Shown: positions 32,281-43,995, counted from the stretch's first letter. The stretch: 64,000 nucleotides of DNA from Prochlorococcus sp. AG-388-A01 (GCA_003279945.1 QCGK01000001.1:114211-178210), one strand, 5' to 3'. Translations and numbers: made by a program. Notes: generated by a model not told the origin, from the sequence alone.

Positions 32281-34134
32281 GTGAACAAACGTTGGAGAAA
32301 CGTAGGACTTTACGTCCTAGCTGTTATTACTATCATTTTCATTGGCACTTCTGTTTTTGATAAACCTAGTGCAGATAATGCCACAAAGACCTTAAGATAT
32401 AGTGATTTTATAGAGGCAGTTCAAGATAAAGAAATCAGTAGAGTCTTAATTTCCCCCGACAATGCTACTGCCCAAGTTGTAGAAAATGATGGAAGCAGAT
32501 CGGAGGTAAATTTAGCCCCTGATAAAGATTTATTGAAAATTTTAACCGAAAATGACGTTGATATAGCTGTTACTCCTACAAAATTAGCCAATCCATGGCA
32601 ACAGGCTGTAAGCAGTTTAATTTTCCCCGTTCTCTTAATTGGAGGTTTATTTTTCCTCTTCAGAAGATCGCAAAGCGGTAATGCAGGTGGAGGCAATCCT
32701 GCTATGAGTTTTGGTAAGAGTAAAGCTAGACTTCAAATGGAACCATCCACTCAGGTAACTTTTTCTGATGTAGCCGGTGTCGAAGGTGCCAAACTTGAAT
32801 TAACAGAAGTTGTAGATTTTCTTAAGAGCCCAGATAGATTTACTGCAGTCGGAGCGAAAATTCCCAAAGGAGTACTTCTCGTTGGCCCTCCGGGCACAGG
32901 AAAAACTTTATTAGCCAAAGCAGTTGCTGGGGAAGCAGGGGTTCCATTTTTCTCTATATCTGGTTCAGAATTTGTTGAAATGTTTGTAGGGGTTGGTGCT
33001 AGCAGAGTTAGAGATCTTTTCGAACAAGCCAAAAAGAACGCTCCTTGCATAGTATTCATAGACGAAATAGATGCTGTTGGTAGGCAAAGAGGAGCTGGTA
33101 TGGGTGGAGGAAATGATGAAAGAGAACAAACTTTAAATCAACTCCTTACAGAAATGGATGGATTCGAAGGTAATTCTGGAATAATAATAGTTGCTGCTAC
33201 TAACAGACCAGATGTCTTAGATTCTGCATTGATGCGTCCTGGAAGATTTGATAGGCAAGTAACAGTTGATAGACCTGATTATGCAGGGAGATTGCAAATA
33301 CTAAATGTACACGCAAAAGATAAAACTCTTTCTAAAGATGTTGATCTTGATAAAGTTGCTAGAAGAACACCTGGATTTACAGGTGCTGATTTAGCTAATC
33401 TTCTAAATGAAGCAGCCATACTAGCGGCACGGAAAGATTTAGATAAAGTAAGCAATGATGAAGTCGGTGATGCGATAGAAAGAGTCATGGCTGGGCCTGA
33501 AAAGAAAGATAGAGTCATAAGTGATAAGAAAAAAGAATTAGTTGCTTACCATGAGGCTGGTCATGCGCTTGTAGGTGCATTAATGCCTGATTATGATCCT
33601 GTAGCAAAAGTTTCAATTATTCCTCGAGGGCAAGCAGGGGGGCTAACATTTTTTACCCCTAGCGAAGAGAGAATGGAATCAGGTCTTTATTCTCGTTCTT
33701 ACCTACAGAATCAAATGGCAGTCGCATTAGGTGGAAGAGTAGCTGAAGAATTAGTCTACGGAGAAGAAGAAGTTACAACGGGTGCTTCAAATGATTTACA
33801 ACAAGTTGCTAATGTAGCGAGACAAATGATTACTAAATTTGGCATGAGCGACAAAATAGGTCCAGTCGCTTTAGGTCAATCTCAAGGTGGAATGTTTCTT
33901 GGAAGAGATATGAGCTCTACAAGAGACTTTTCCGAAGACACTGCCGCAACAATTGATGTAGAAGTTTCAGAGCTTGTTGATGTCGCCTACAAGAGAGCTA
34001 CAAAAGTATTATCAGATAATAGAACTGTACTCGACGAAATGGCTCAAATGCTTATAGAAAGAGAAACAATAGATACTGAAGATATTCAAGACCTGCTTAA
34101 TCGTTCAGAAGTTAAAGTGGCAAACTATATCTAA
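32281..34134 (+). CDS. ftsH: ATP-dependent zinc metalloprotease FtsH
   Basis: Two TMs, [28 protein letters not shown]. Confidence 0.99.
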   Translation: MNKRWRNVGLYVLAVITIIFIGTSVFDKPSADNATKTLRYSDFIEAVQDKEISRVLISPDNATAQVVENDGSRSEVNLAPDKDLLKILTENDVDIAVTPTKLANPWQQAVSSLIFPVLLIGGLFFLFRRSQSGNAGGGNPAMSFGKSKARLQMEPSTQVTFSDVAGVEGAKLELTEVVDFLKSPDRFTAVGAKIPKGVLLVGPPGTGKTLLAKAVAGEAGVPFFSISGSEFVEMFVGVGASRVRDLFEQAKKNAPCIVFIDEIDAVGRQRGAGMGGGNDEREQTLNQLLTEMDGFEGNSGIIIVAATNRPDVLDSALMRPGRFDRQVTVDRPDYAGRLQILNVHAKDKTLSKDVDLDKVARRTPGFTGADLANLLNEAAILAARKDLDKVSNDEVGDAIERVMAGPEKKDRVISDKKKELVAYHEAGHALVGALMPDYDPVAKVSIIPRGQAGGLTFFTPSEERMESGLYSRSYLQNQMAVALGGRVAEELVYGEEEVTTGASNDLQQVANVARQMITKFGMSDKIGPVALGQSQGGMFLGRDMSSTRDFSEDTAATIDVEVSELVDVAYKRATKVLSDNRTVLDEMAQMLIERETIDTEDIQDLLNRSEVKVANYI

Positions 34135-34154
34135 TTTTTAAAATATAATTTTTA

Positions 34155-34781
34155 ATGAAGAATAAAGAATATTCTTTTTCTGAATTACTGAAAAAAGAAT
34201 CTTTTTTTTTACTTATAAAACCTGATGATAATATTTACTCAAATAACTCTATAAGAAATTCATTTTTTGAAGAATTAGAAAACTTAGTAAAATTAGGATT
34301 AAAGAATATTGAAATAAGTTGGTCTAACAAAGAAAATTGGTTAGATTTTGTATCATATATCAAAATCACATATCCAAAAATTAATCTGGGCTCTGCCTCT
34401 ATAGTTAATAAGCAATCAATAGAAGATTCTTTAAAAATTGGATTAAATTTTTCGATGATGAAATTCTGGGATAAAGATCTTTTCATTTATGCGAAGTCAA
34501 ACAATTATTTATTAATTCCAGGAATTAAAAATTTAAAAGATCTTGAGGAAGCGATAAATTTAAATTGCAACATTATTAAAATTTATCCAATAAAAAGTAA
34601 AGATAGTTCGATAAATATACTCAACTATAAAAAAATTGATTTCATTGCTGCTGGAGGACTATCAATCAATGATGTAAAAACTTATAAATCTTTAGGGTAT
34701 AAAGCAATCGTAATTGGAGATAAAAGTATCAAAAATAAAAAATTTGATCCAAAAATACATGAATGGCTCAAAAATAATTAA
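34155..34781 (+). CDS. eda: Divergent KDPG/KHG aldolase-like protein
   Basis: IEIS, IPG, IKIYP, AAGGL match the Eda fold motifs. Confidence 0.7.
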   Translation: MKNKEYSFSELLKKESFFLLIKPDDNIYSNNSIRNSFFEELENLVKLGLKNIEISWSNKENWLDFVSYIKITYPKINLGSASIVNKQSIEDSLKIGLNFSMMKFWDKDLFIYAKSNNYLLIPGIKNLKDLEEAINLNCNIIKIYPIKSKDSSINILNYKKIDFIAAGGLSINDVKTYKSLGYKAIVIGDKSIKNKKFDPKIHEWLKNN

Positions 34782-34815
34782 ATTAAGGATACATATAATT
34801 TATTTAACAAAACTA

Positions 34816-35913
34816 CTAATTATTCATTAAGCCACATTGAGCATGATTTAGAAGCAAATGATCAGCAAGAACTAAAGCGACCATAGCATCAACCATAGGA
34901 ACTGCTCTTGGTAGAACACATGGATCATGTCTCCCTTTTGCTTTCATCAATACTTCTTTTCCTTCAGCATTTACTGTTTTCTGTTCTTTCCCAATGGTTG
35001 CTGTAGGTTTAAAAGCAATCTTCATCTCAATATTTTCGCCATTACTTATTCCGCCCTGTATACCTCCTGAATTGTTAGAGGTTGTTCTTAACTTACCAAT
35101 ATAATCAGACTTAATGAATGAATCATTATGTTCGCTTCCTTTTAAATAAGTTCCAGAAAAACCCGAACCTATTTCAAAGCCTTTCGTGGCAGGCAAAGAC
35201 ATCAAAGCCTTTGCTAAATCAGCTTCTAATTTATCAAAAACAGGCATCCCAAGACCAGAAGGAACGTTTCTTACCAAACATTCAATTACACCTCCACAAG
35301 AGTCTCCTTGACGCTTTAATTCCTTAATTCTCTCAATCATTTCTGCTGATACCTTTTTATCAGGACATCTAATAATATTAGAATCTATTTTATCGAGAGA
35401 AATCTTCTCTTTATTAATATCAGAATCAATATCATGTATACGCTTTACCCAAGATAGTATTTCTGTGTTACACAAGTTTTTTAATAATTGTTTTGCTATA
35501 GCACCAGCTGCTACTCTCCCAATTGTTTCTCTTGCAGAGGCTCTTCCACCACCAGAACTAGCCTGAATTCCATATTTAAGATGATATGTACCATCTGCAT
35601 GAGATGGTCTAAATACTTGCTCTAAATTATTATAATCTCCTGGTCTTTGGTCCTTGTTTCTTACCAACATCGCTATTGGAGTTCCAAGTGTTAACCCATC
35701 CTTAATCCCACTTAAGATTTCAATTTTGTCTTCTTCATTTCTGGGTGTTGTAATGTCACTTTGTCCAGGTCTCCGCCTATCTAATTCATTTTGTATCAGT
35801 TTTATATCTATTTTTAACTTTGGTGGACATCCATCAAGGATAACTCCAACTGCACCACCATGTGATTCTCCAAAAGTACTAACACGAAAAATTTTTCCAA
35901 AACTACTACTCAT
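34816..35913 (-). CDS. aroC: Chorismate synthase
   Basis: [25 protein letters not shown]; start at MSSSFGK (35913). Confidence 0.98.
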   Translation of the reverse strand: MSSSFGKIFRVSTFGESHGGAVGVILDGCPPKLKIDIKLIQNELDRRRPGQSDITTPRNEEDKIEILSGIKDGLTLGTPIAMLVRNKDQRPGDYNNLEQVFRPSHADGTYHLKYGIQASSGGGRASARETIGRVAAGAIAKQLLKNLCNTEILSWVKRIHDIDSDINKEKISLDKIDSNIIRCPDKKVSAEMIERIKELKRQGDSCGGVIECLVRNVPSGLGMPVFDKLEADLAKALMSLPATKGFEIGSGFSGTYLKGSEHNDSFIKSDYIGKLRTTSNNSGGIQGGISNGENIEMKIAFKPTATIGKEQKTVNAEGKEVLMKAKGRHDPCVLPRAVPMVDAMVALVLADHLLLNHAQCGLMNN

Positions 35914-35971
35914 AGAAATATCAAATGTTTTATCTATATAAACATTATATGAAACCAATTGAAAATTAAAC

Positions 35972-35999
35972 AAAAAAAAAGCCCCCAAAAAGGGGACTC
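35972..35999 (-). terminator. Intrinsic terminator after psbA
   Basis: Minus strand GAGTCCCC-ttttt-GGGGGC followed by T9. Confidence 0.8.
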
Positions 36000-36020
36000 G
36001 TAAATTTAAGAACTTTAAGC

Positions 36021-37103
36021 TTAACCGATAGCTGGAGCTGAAAGAGCTACTGTTGTAGACTCAGCTGCTGCTAGATCAAGTGGGAAGTTGTGAGCGTTAC
36101 GCTCATGCATTACTTCCATACCTAGGTTTGCTCTGTTAAGAACATCACCCCATGTAGGAACAATCTTACCGTTTGCATCAACAACTGATTGGTTGAAGTT
36201 GAAACCGTTAAGGTTGAATGCCATTGTGCAAATACCCATTGAAGTTAACCATACACAAACAACTGGGAATACAGCTAGGAAGAAGTGTAAACTTCTGCTG
36301 TTGTTGAAACTTGCATATTGGAAGATCAAACGACCGAAGTAGCCATGAGCTGCAACGATATTATAAGTTTCTTCTTCTTGTCCGAACTTGTAACCATAGT
36401 TCTGAGACTCAGTCTCAGTTGTTTCTCTGATTAGAGAAGAAGTAACAAGTGAACCGTGCATAGCTGAGAATAAAGATCCTCCGAACATACCAGCAACACC
36501 AGCCATGTGGAATGGGTGCATAAGGATGTTGTGCTCTGCCTGGAAAACAAACATAAAGTTAAATGTTCCAGAGATACCTAGAGGCATTCCGTCAGAGAAT
36601 GAACCTTGACCGAATGGGTATACAAGAAATACTGCGAAAGCTGCTGAAACTGGTGCAGAATATGCAACACAGATCCAAGGACGCATACCTAAACGGTATG
36701 AAAGCTCCCACTGTCTTCCCATGTATGCTGAGATACCAATTAGGAAGTGGAAAATTACAAGCTGGTAAGGACCACCGTTGTATAACCACTCATCTACAGT
36801 AGCTGCTTCCCAAATTGGGTAGAAGTGTAGACCAATAGCATTAGATGAAGGAACAACTGCACCTGAGATGATGTTGTTTCCATATAGGAATGAACCAGCA
36901 ACTGGCTCTCTAATTCCGTCGATGTCTACTGGTGGTGCTGCGATGAATGCAACGATGAAGCAAGCCGCTGCTGTAAGTAGGCATGGGATCATTAAGACGC
37001 CGAACCAACCAACATAAATTCTATTGTTAGTTGATGTTACCCACTCACAAAACTGTGGCCAGCCTTTTAACAGCGAAGAACGCTGCTGCTGAATAGTTGT
37101 CAT
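36021..37103 (-). CDS. psbA: Photosystem II D1 protein
   Basis: [29 protein letters not shown]; 360 aa. Confidence 0.99.
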   Translation of the reverse strand: MTTIQQQRSSLLKGWPQFCEWVTSTNNRIYVGWFGVLMIPCLLTAAACFIVAFIAAPPVDIDGIREPVAGSFLYGNNIISGAVVPSSNAIGLHFYPIWEAATVDEWLYNGGPYQLVIFHFLIGISAYMGRQWELSYRLGMRPWICVAYSAPVSAAFAVFLVYPFGQGSFSDGMPLGISGTFNFMFVFQAEHNILMHPFHMAGVAGMFGGSLFSAMHGSLVTSSLIRETTETESQNYGYKFGQEEETYNIVAAHGYFGRLIFQYASFNNSRSLHFFLAVFPVVCVWLTSMGICTMAFNLNGFNFNQSVVDANGKIVPTWGDVLNRANLGMEVMHERNAHNFPLDLAAAESTTVALSAPAIG

Positions 37104-37290
37104 GAGTTCGTAAAGTATGTCTCTAAAGTGAGACGTGTAAATAAGACGGAAAATAAATTCCGCTCCAATGATTTTATACCAAAATCGTTAAAAATGTGTA
37201 AATTATTTTTCTATAAGTAAACTTTTTTTTTGCAACATAAAAATATTTACCCCTATGTCTTAATATTTTCTTTGATATTAGTGACTTAAC

Positions 37291-37419
37291 TTGGTAATAA
37301 TCGAGTGGCTTCTTAACGGAAAAAGATCGAAAGAGATAGTTTCCTTAAAAAAAGCTAAGAATAGAAGACTGCAATTAGAGGGTTTTGGAGCTGTTATTTA
37401 CTGGAGCGAAAGGATTTAG
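37291..37419 (+). CDS. Small 42-aa protein divergent from psbA
   Basis: TTG start; MVIIEWLLNGKRSKEIVSLKKAKNRRLQLEGFGAVIYWSERI; higher GC than flanks. Confidence 0.6.
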   Translation: MVIIEWLLNGKRSKEIVSLKKAKNRRLQLEGFGAVIYWSERI

Positions 37420-37538
37420 TTTTACAAGGTTTAAAAAAAAAGCAAAAAAACATATATGCATTAAATATTAAATTAACTTATCTATTAAATAAAAAATACT
37501 TATCAGGTAAAGGGGGTTTATTGTTCTGGTTTCTTAAT

Positions 37539-38444
37539 TTAGAGACTTTCAAACTCATAAACCCATTGATTAATAGAACAAATAACTTCTTTCTTCGTGT
37601 AGCTCATCGCAATTTTTTTTTCTTTATAAGCAACTTCGCCAATAAAAACCGGCCAAATCAATTGGTCTCCATCATATTTGTGAATTATTCCTTGGCTATC
37701 AAGAAATAATGGATCTCCTTTCTTAATCAATTTCCAATCTTGGTTTATTCTTTCAGGATGAATTAAGCCATCAATATTTCCTTTTTCATCTCTTGGATAA
37801 TCTATACTCCCTTGATGAACATGAACAACCAATTCCTTTGGGAGACTTATAAGATTGTTTTTCAGTTTATCTATCTCTTCCCTTAAAGACCTAATTATTA
37901 TTAAGAATCTATTTATGATATTTTGATCATAAAAATTTTGTGCGACAGCTCCTATTTCAATAACTAAACCACATGGCCAAGCTTCCACAAGAAAGCCTGT
38001 TTGAGCTTTATCTTTTTCGTGCAAATAAATAGGCAATCCAAATTTGTTTTGCAATAATGCAGCTAAACAAAAATCTTTGAATCTCCTCCCATACAAAACA
38101 ATGCTAGTTCCCATATTTGCAGTAGTAGTATGCAAATCGATTGCAATTTGACAGGGTTTAGATCCGTCAATTCCAAATTGATCTACTAAAAAATTGGCTC
38201 TATTAGTTTCATAAAAGCTATTCTTGTGTTGATCAAAATTCTCACTTTCTTTAAAAGATCTATTTAAATCTGCATCTATATATCTGCACCCTTTTTCATA
38301 GGCAACAGGATTACCTATGATGTACTCATACTCAATACCATGATTTAAACTATTTTCCTCTCTATTAAATTGCTTAACCGCCCAAACAGGATTAATTTCA
38401 TTCCCATGAGTGCCTGAAACGATAAGTATTCTTTGAACAGTCAT
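37539..38444 (-). CDS. Aspartoacylase (AstE/AspA family)
   Basis: GTHGNE, DLNRSF, DLHTT, EVAY. Confidence 0.92.
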   Translation of the reverse strand: MTVQRILIVSGTHGNEINPVWAVKQFNREENSLNHGIEYEYIIGNPVAYEKGCRYIDADLNRSFKESENFDQHKNSFYETNRANFLVDQFGIDGSKPCQIAIDLHTTTANMGTSIVLYGRRFKDFCLAALLQNKFGLPIYLHEKDKAQTGFLVEAWPCGLVIEIGAVAQNFYDQNIINRFLIIIRSLREEIDKLKNNLISLPKELVVHVHQGSIDYPRDEKGNIDGLIHPERINQDWKLIKKGDPLFLDSQGIIHKYDGDQLIWPVFIGEVAYKEKKIAMSYTKKEVICSINQWVYEFESL

Positions 38445-38467
38445 TTTTTCTTTAAAAATAAAATTTT

Positions 38468-39412
38468 ATGCAAAATAAATACCTCATAAAGGCCACCAGA
38501 AAATTCTGGTTTTGGTTTTGGACCCAATTAATGAATGGTTTCGCACCATCAGATATATATAGTAATTATAAAAGGCCTAAAGGTATAACAATTGATAGCG
38601 AATTCGATATTAATAATGAAAATGGACAAATTTATTTATTGATAGGGAATTCTTGTCCATGGTGTCACAGAACTTTACTCGTCCACGAAATAAAACATTT
38701 ATCTAAAAAAGTTAAAGTTATTTTTTTAAAGGCAGATATTGAACATGGCGAATGGATTTTCAATACAAAGATTCAAGGATGTATAAGGCTTTCAGACCTT
38801 TACAAAAAAGCTAATAAAAAGATTATTTTTAGAGCAACATTACCTCTTTTAATTAGTTTTTTAAAAGATGAAGTAAATATCTTGTCTAATGAAAGCTCCC
38901 AAATAATAAAAATTCTTAATTCAATACAAAGTGAATCGAAATATGAGGCATTAAATATTAAAAACTGTAATCAAAAGTTTTTAGATTTAATTCACAACAA
39001 CATTAATGATGGCGTGTATAAATGTGGTTTCGCCAGAAACCAGTCAGCTTACGAAAAAGCAAGTCAAAATCTTTTCGCAGCCATAAATGAAGTTGAAAAT
39101 TTACTACAGAAAAACAAAGGGCACTGGATATTTGGAGAAGAGTTAACCTACGCAGATATTTACCTTTTTCCAACGCTTATAAGATGGGAATTGATATACA
39201 GCAAACTTTTTAAATGTACTGAACAAGAACTATCAAATTTCGGGAAGATTATTGAATGGAGATTAAAATTTTTTAAATTATCCAATGTAGATAAGACATG
39301 CTACGAAAATGAATGGAAAAAAGATTACTACAAAGCTTTATTCCCCTTAAACCCAAATCAAATAATACCAGTTTTACCATCTCTAGAGAAAATAATGAGA
39401 TTAGAATCTTAA
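38468..39412 (+). CDS. Glutathionyl-hydroquinone reductase-like GST (YqjG/Xi class)
   Basis: CPWC, NES, INDGVYKCGFA. Confidence 0.88.
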   Translation: MQNKYLIKATRKFWFWFWTQLMNGFAPSDIYSNYKRPKGITIDSEFDINNENGQIYLLIGNSCPWCHRTLLVHEIKHLSKKVKVIFLKADIEHGEWIFNTKIQGCIRLSDLYKKANKKIIFRATLPLLISFLKDEVNILSNESSQIIKILNSIQSESKYEALNIKNCNQKFLDLIHNNINDGVYKCGFARNQSAYEKASQNLFAAINEVENLLQKNKGHWIFGEELTYADIYLFPTLIRWELIYSKLFKCTEQELSNFGKIIEWRLKFFKLSNVDKTCYENEWKKDYYKALFPLNPNQIIPVLPSLEKIMRLES

Positions 39413-39538
39413 AAAACATATAAATCAATTTGACCAAAAAAGATGTTGTAATGAACACTTATTTAGTACATAGATAATGCAATTTTATTAGAAATTAACT
39501 ATGTTATGTATGTCTACTAAAGTACGAAAAAGCTTAAA

Positions 39539-39757
39539 ATGAAATCCATTGACGAACACATCCAAAAAGATCAATCGGAAATCGAATCTGCTAAAGCAGA
39601 GGGCAATCTTCCAAAGGTCAGACATCTAACTGAAGAACTAAAAGAACTCGAAGAGTATAAGGATCATCATCCAGAGGATAAACATGATCCAAATGCTTTG
39701 GAATTATTTTGTGATGCCAACCCAGACGAACCAGAATGTCTTGTTTATGATGATTAA
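39539..39757 (+). CDS. cp12: Calvin-cycle regulator CP12 (C-terminal Cys pair only)
   Basis: LELFCDANPDEPECLVYDD. Confidence 0.92.
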   Translation: MKSIDEHIQKDQSEIESAKAEGNLPKVRHLTEELKELEEYKDHHPEDKHDPNALELFCDANPDEPECLVYDD

Positions 39758-39781
39758 TTTTTCTTAATTATTAGATAAATC

Positions 39782-39810
39782 AAAAAAAAGGGCTTTTAGA
39801 GCCCTTTTTT
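39782..39810. terminator. Bidirectional intrinsic terminator
   Basis: A8-GGGCT-tttag-AGCCC-T6 between convergent genes. Confidence 0.85.
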
Positions 39811-39827
39811 ATTTGTTAATTTCTTAG

Positions 39828-40010
39828 TCAGTAATCTCTATTAAAATCAGATGGGCTGCCCGTTAAAGAGCATACAACCGACTCCTCATTTTTCATTTCT
39901 TTAACTTCAACAATTGGTCTTCCCATTTTCTTGAGAACCTCAATATCTTGCTTAGTTTGACATCTGGCTATTATTTTTCCTTGTTTATCAAAGCAACTGT
40001 AGAAATTCAT
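39828..40010 (-). CDS. Small hypothetical protein
   Basis: 60 aa, ATG start, ends at the terminator. Confidence 0.65.
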   Translation of the reverse strand: MNFYSCFDKQGKIIARCQTKQDIEVLKKMGRPIVEVKEMKNEESVVCSLTGSPSDFNRDY

Positions 40011-40096
40011 ATTGTATTTAAAGAAGTATCTTATTTATGGCTAATTTTCATTGCTAAATCAAGTGTATTTATTTACATAAAAATTTTTAATTTGGA

Positions 40097-41080
40097 TTAT
40101 ATCCTTTTCCATACTTCAGAAAGCAGTGAAGATAAACCTTTTTTTAAAGATGAAGAAATAACTAAAACTTTCTTTTTAGATAAATCTTCTAACTTTTTTA
40201 AAATTATTTTCAAATAATCATCATCTACCAGCTCCATTTTATTCAATACTATTATCCTCTCTTTATCTAAAAGACCTTTCCCATATTTTTTTAATTCCTG
40301 CTCAATTATCTCAAAATCATGTAAAGGATTTTCTGCAATTGCATCAATTAAGTGAACAAGTATCTTCGTTCTTTGGATGTGCCTTAAAAAATCATGGCCT
40401 AAACCTACTCCATCAGCTGCCCCTGATATTAATCCGGGAATATCCGCAAAAAGGCAACCATTTCCATCAATTTTTCTTACTACACCTAAGTTAGGTATTA
40501 GAGTTGTGAAAGGATAATTTGCGATTTTTGGACGGGCAGATGATATAACAGAAATCAAAGTACTTTTTCCAGCATTTGGAAGACCTATAATCCCTACCTC
40601 TGCAAGAAGTTTTAGTTCTAATTGAACCTCCCATATCTCACCATCTTTTCCTTCAGTGAATGATTCTGGGGCTCTATTTTGATTACTTAAATAGTAAGCA
40701 TTTCCATTCCCACCTCTTCCTCCAATGGCAATAGTTAAACTCTGTTTATCTTTAGTTAAGTCTCCTAAAATAATGCCGGTTTTAATATCCCTTATTTCTG
40801 TACCGCAGGGTACTTTAAGGATTGTATCCTCACCTGAAGCACCAGATCTCTTATTAGGACCTCCTTTGTATCCATCTTCAGCAATTATTTCACGTTTGAA
40901 TTTGAAGTCTAATAATGTTTGAAGATTATTATCAGCCATCAAAATAACTGAACCCCCTCTGCCACCATTTCCCCCCGAAGGTCCTCCAGCAGGAACAAAT
41001 TTTTCTCTTCTAAATGAGACTATTCCATTTCCACCTTTTCCAGCTTTAAGAATAATGTTTGCTTGATCAATAAATTGCAC
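40097..41080 (-). CDS. obgE: GTPase Obg/CgtA
   Basis: Gly-rich Obg fold, [18 protein letters not shown]. Confidence 0.98.
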   Translation of the reverse strand: MQFIDQANIILKAGKGGNGIVSFRREKFVPAGGPSGGNGGRGGSVILMADNNLQTLLDFKFKREIIAEDGYKGGPNKRSGASGEDTILKVPCGTEIRDIKTGIILGDLTKDKQSLTIAIGGRGGNGNAYYLSNQNRAPESFTEGKDGEIWEVQLELKLLAEVGIIGLPNAGKSTLISVISSARPKIANYPFTTLIPNLGVVRKIDGNGCLFADIPGLISGAADGVGLGHDFLRHIQRTKILVHLIDAIAENPLHDFEIIEQELKKYGKGLLDKERIIVLNKMELVDDDYLKIILKKLEDLSKKKVLVISSSLKKGLSSLLSEVWKRI

Positions 41081-41120
41081 TTAATACGCTTATTAAATTG
41101 TTATCTAGGTATTTTAAATT

Positions 41121-43550
41121 TTATTTTATCCACGCAATACTGCAACCAGGTCCACCTTCGTTGTTGGCTGCATCTTCAATCTTATCAACATAATTCAAAG
41201 CTGATAACCAATTTCTTAGTCCTTTTTTTAATTTCCCTGTTCCAATTCCATGAACAATCCATAACGGTCCATGAAATTTTCTAATTTTCTCCTCAATAAT
41301 TATTTCGGCTTCGTGAACTCTTAGCCCTCTTACATCAATTGTATTTTTAGTAGTTCTGATTTTGGAAAAAGAAAAATCTTCTCTTGTAGAATTGATCTCA
41401 ATTTTTGACCTTGCGAAATTAGGCTTTTCTCCGTTAATGCCTTCAAAGTCATTTACAGATAATGTGCTTCTAAATGAACCACATTTAACTTGGTAAAAAC
41501 CACCTTTTTTATCTAAATCTACAATTTGTCCCGTACTATTTAAACTTTTAATTTTTACAAAATCGCCTACCTGAGGGTTCCATGATATTGACTTTTCAAA
41601 AATTTTTTTTGTTAAATGTTCCATCTCAATTTCCTTTAATCTTTCTCCAATAATTCTCGTGTCCTCTCCATTAACATTTTTATCTCTTAATTTTTTAATC
41701 AGATCAATTACCTCTTTTTTAGCGGATAAAATATGTTTTGATAATTTAGACCTTTCAATTTCCTGTATTTTTTCAGCATTTATTTTTTGATATTCATAAT
41801 TTCTCTTCAGTTCATCATGTAATATTTCAGTCCTTGCAATCAGTTCTGCAGCCGCTTCTGCAGATTTTTGTTGTTTAATCCTCTCTTCCTCAAGTCCTTT
41901 AATAATACTGTTAATATTATCAACTTCTTTTGGCTTTAGATAATTTGCAGCTTCATTGAGTATGCTTTCATTGAGACCAATTCTCTTTGAGATTGATAAA
42001 GCATTACTTCTTCCAGGAATGCCCCAGTTGAGTATATATTTTGGCTTCAAAGAATCCTCATCAAAGGAAACTGATACGTTTTCAAATCTGGAATCATTAT
42101 ATTTTAATGTCTTTATATCTCCATAATGTGTAGTTGCCAAAGTGATATCAGATTTATTTGCAAATTCTTTTAATAAAGCCATCGCAAGAGCACTACCTTC
42201 AAGAGGATCTGTACCAGATCCAATCTCATCTAACAAAACAACTGATAATCCTTTCCTATTATCAAGTGAATCTAAAATCTCTTTTATGCGGGATATATGC
42301 CCACTGAAGGTAGATAAATTTTCCTCTAATGATTGACTATCTCCTATATCCACATATAAGTTTGGACAAAAAGGGATGATAGGCTTATTAGTTGAGGGTA
42401 TCAATAAGCCTGTTCTAGCCATAAGTAATGACAAACCCAAACCTTTCAAAGCTGCAGTTTTACCTCCAGTATTTGGACCTGTAATTGCTACAACTTTAAT
42501 ATTTCTATTGATATGAAAATCGATAGCAACGGGTGGAGGAGCTCCTTTTTTCTTATTTTCCCAAATCAATAACGGATGAGAAAAGCCAATTAAGGAAATA
42601 ATGGGATTTTTCTCAAAAGTAGGAGTTTTGCCTCCAATCCATTTCGAATATCTTGCACGAGTTAGAGCATTTTCTAATCTCAATAAAATGGATGCCATTA
42701 TAATAAGATTTTCTGAATTATCACAAACAACTTGAGACCATTTCTTAAGTAATTTAAATTCTTCTGCTGTGATCCTAGCCTCCAGAGAAGCAATCTTATT
42801 GCCTTTAGTTGCTACATTATCAGGTTCAAAATATACTGTATTTCCTGAAGATGAAGAGTCATGAATTATGCCTTTAAATTTATCTACATTATTAACTTTT
42901 ACTGCTAAAACTGGCCTACCATATCGATCTCCAATAGTAGTATCCTGCAAATAAGCTAAATTCTTTTGAATAAATTTCTCAACTAATATTTTTCTTTCAA
43001 GTTTCTTAGATAATAATTCTTTCCTAAGAATAGATAGTTCATTACTAGCATTATCTGAAATCCTTCCATTAGATTCAATGCCTTTTTTAAAAATCGTCTC
43101 GATATTCTGATGGTCAATTAAATTTTTTGTAAATGATGAAATATAGGGCCTTTGTTCAAAATCCAATAAAATTTTTTTTAAATTTCTTGCTGCAGCAATT
43201 GTTTTCGCTATTTCTAATAAATCATAGGATAAAATTACACCTCCCTTGGAACAAATTTCAATATTTCTAGTAATATCAAAAACACCAGAAAAACTAATTG
43301 ATTTATCTAAATTATTTTCTAGCTCAGTCATTTCAACGGTTTCATTCAAAAGTCTTTTAGATACTTCGTATTCTGAAGGAATACCAAAACTTAAAATTGC
43401 TCTTTTACCCATTTCTGTAGAGGCAAATGAGGCTAAATGAGTTTTTAATGAATCCCACTCTAAAAGGCTTATAGATTCTTCTTCTAAGGTTTTTTCTGAA
43501 TATGATTTTTTAGAATTACTTTTCTCTTGCATATAAAAAAAAAGAATCAA
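41121..43550 (-). CDS. mutS2: MutS2 with Smr domain (start possibly ATG 43532)
   Basis: TGPNTGGKT, LSTFSGH, LLDEIGSGTDP, IVHGIGTG. Confidence 0.96.
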   Translation of the reverse strand: MILFFYMQEKSNSKKSYSEKTLEEESISLLEWDSLKTHLASFASTEMGKRAILSFGIPSEYEVSKRLLNETVEMTELENNLDKSISFSGVFDITRNIEICSKGGVILSYDLLEIAKTIAAARNLKKILLDFEQRPYISSFTKNLIDHQNIETIFKKGIESNGRISDNASNELSILRKELLSKKLERKILVEKFIQKNLAYLQDTTIGDRYGRPVLAVKVNNVDKFKGIIHDSSSSGNTVYFEPDNVATKGNKIASLEARITAEEFKLLKKWSQVVCDNSENLIIMASILLRLENALTRARYSKWIGGKTPTFEKNPIISLIGFSHPLLIWENKKKGAPPPVAIDFHINRNIKVVAITGPNTGGKTAALKGLGLSLLMARTGLLIPSTNKPIIPFCPNLYVDIGDSQSLEENLSTFSGHISRIKEILDSLDNRKGLSVVLLDEIGSGTDPLEGSALAMALLKEFANKSDITLATTHYGDIKTLKYNDSRFENVSVSFDEDSLKPKYILNWGIPGRSNALSISKRIGLNESILNEAANYLKPKEVDNINSIIKGLEEERIKQQKSAEAAAELIARTEILHDELKRNYEYQKINAEKIQEIERSKLSKHILSAKKEVIDLIKKLRDKNVNGEDTRIIGERLKEIEMEHLTKKIFEKSISWNPQVGDFVKIKSLNSTGQIVDLDKKGGFYQVKCGSFRSTLSVNDFEGINGEKPNFARSKIEINSTREDFSFSKIRTTKNTIDVRGLRVHEAEIIIEEKIRKFHGPLWIVHGIGTGKLKKGLRNWLSALNYVDKIEDAANNEGGPGCSIAWIK

Positions 43551-43933
43551 ACATTCGATTGAATCCCTTCAGGAGGAACATAAAGCATCTCGAGCCAGTT
43601 TCCTTCAGTATCCTTCATATAAAAAGATGCTGTTCCATCTCTATGTTCATGTAAAGGTCCAACTTTTACACCAGAATTTTTTAAATCATTTTGAATATTT
43701 TCCACCTCTTTTTTATTTTCAAAATGAAAAGCAAAGTGAGGTCCTGCAGCTTTATAGCTAGGGCCTAACAACGCAAGTCCATCTTTCCCTTTACCAGCTT
43801 CTAAGTAAGACCAATCTTTGTCGTCCCATACCAAATTCATACCCAGGTTAATATAAAAAGATTTCGCCCTTTCGAGATTCTCTACTCTAAGTGCAATGTG
43901 ACCAATCCTATTTACTCCTTGTGAAAACTTCAA
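43547..43933 (-). CDS. VOC/glyoxalase family protein
   Basis: GHIALRV, HFAF, YMKDTEGNWLE. Confidence 0.88.
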   Translation of the reverse strand: MKFSQGVNRIGHIALRVENLERAKSFYINLGMNLVWDDKDWSYLEAGKGKDGLALLGPSYKAAGPHFAFHFENKKEVENIQNDLKNSGVKVGPLHEHRDGTASFYMKDTEGNWLEMLYVPPEGIQSNV

Positions 43934-43995
43934 AACAAAGCAGTTAATTTATTACTAATCTAAGAATAAACCAAATTTTTGTTAATAATGAGTTT

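Noticed and set aside
32421-33518. Antisense ORFs within ftsH (also in psbO, psbA, aroC, clpB, nusG, rplA, rplL and others)
   Set aside because: Shadow frames produced by codon bias of conserved genes
36021-37103. Atypical or phage-derived D1
   Set aside because: Standard 360-aa D1 with YQL (Gln130) and intact C-terminal ligand region, in host gene context
37521-37709. 62-aa plus-strand ORF
   Set aside because: Antisense to the aspartoacylase 3' end
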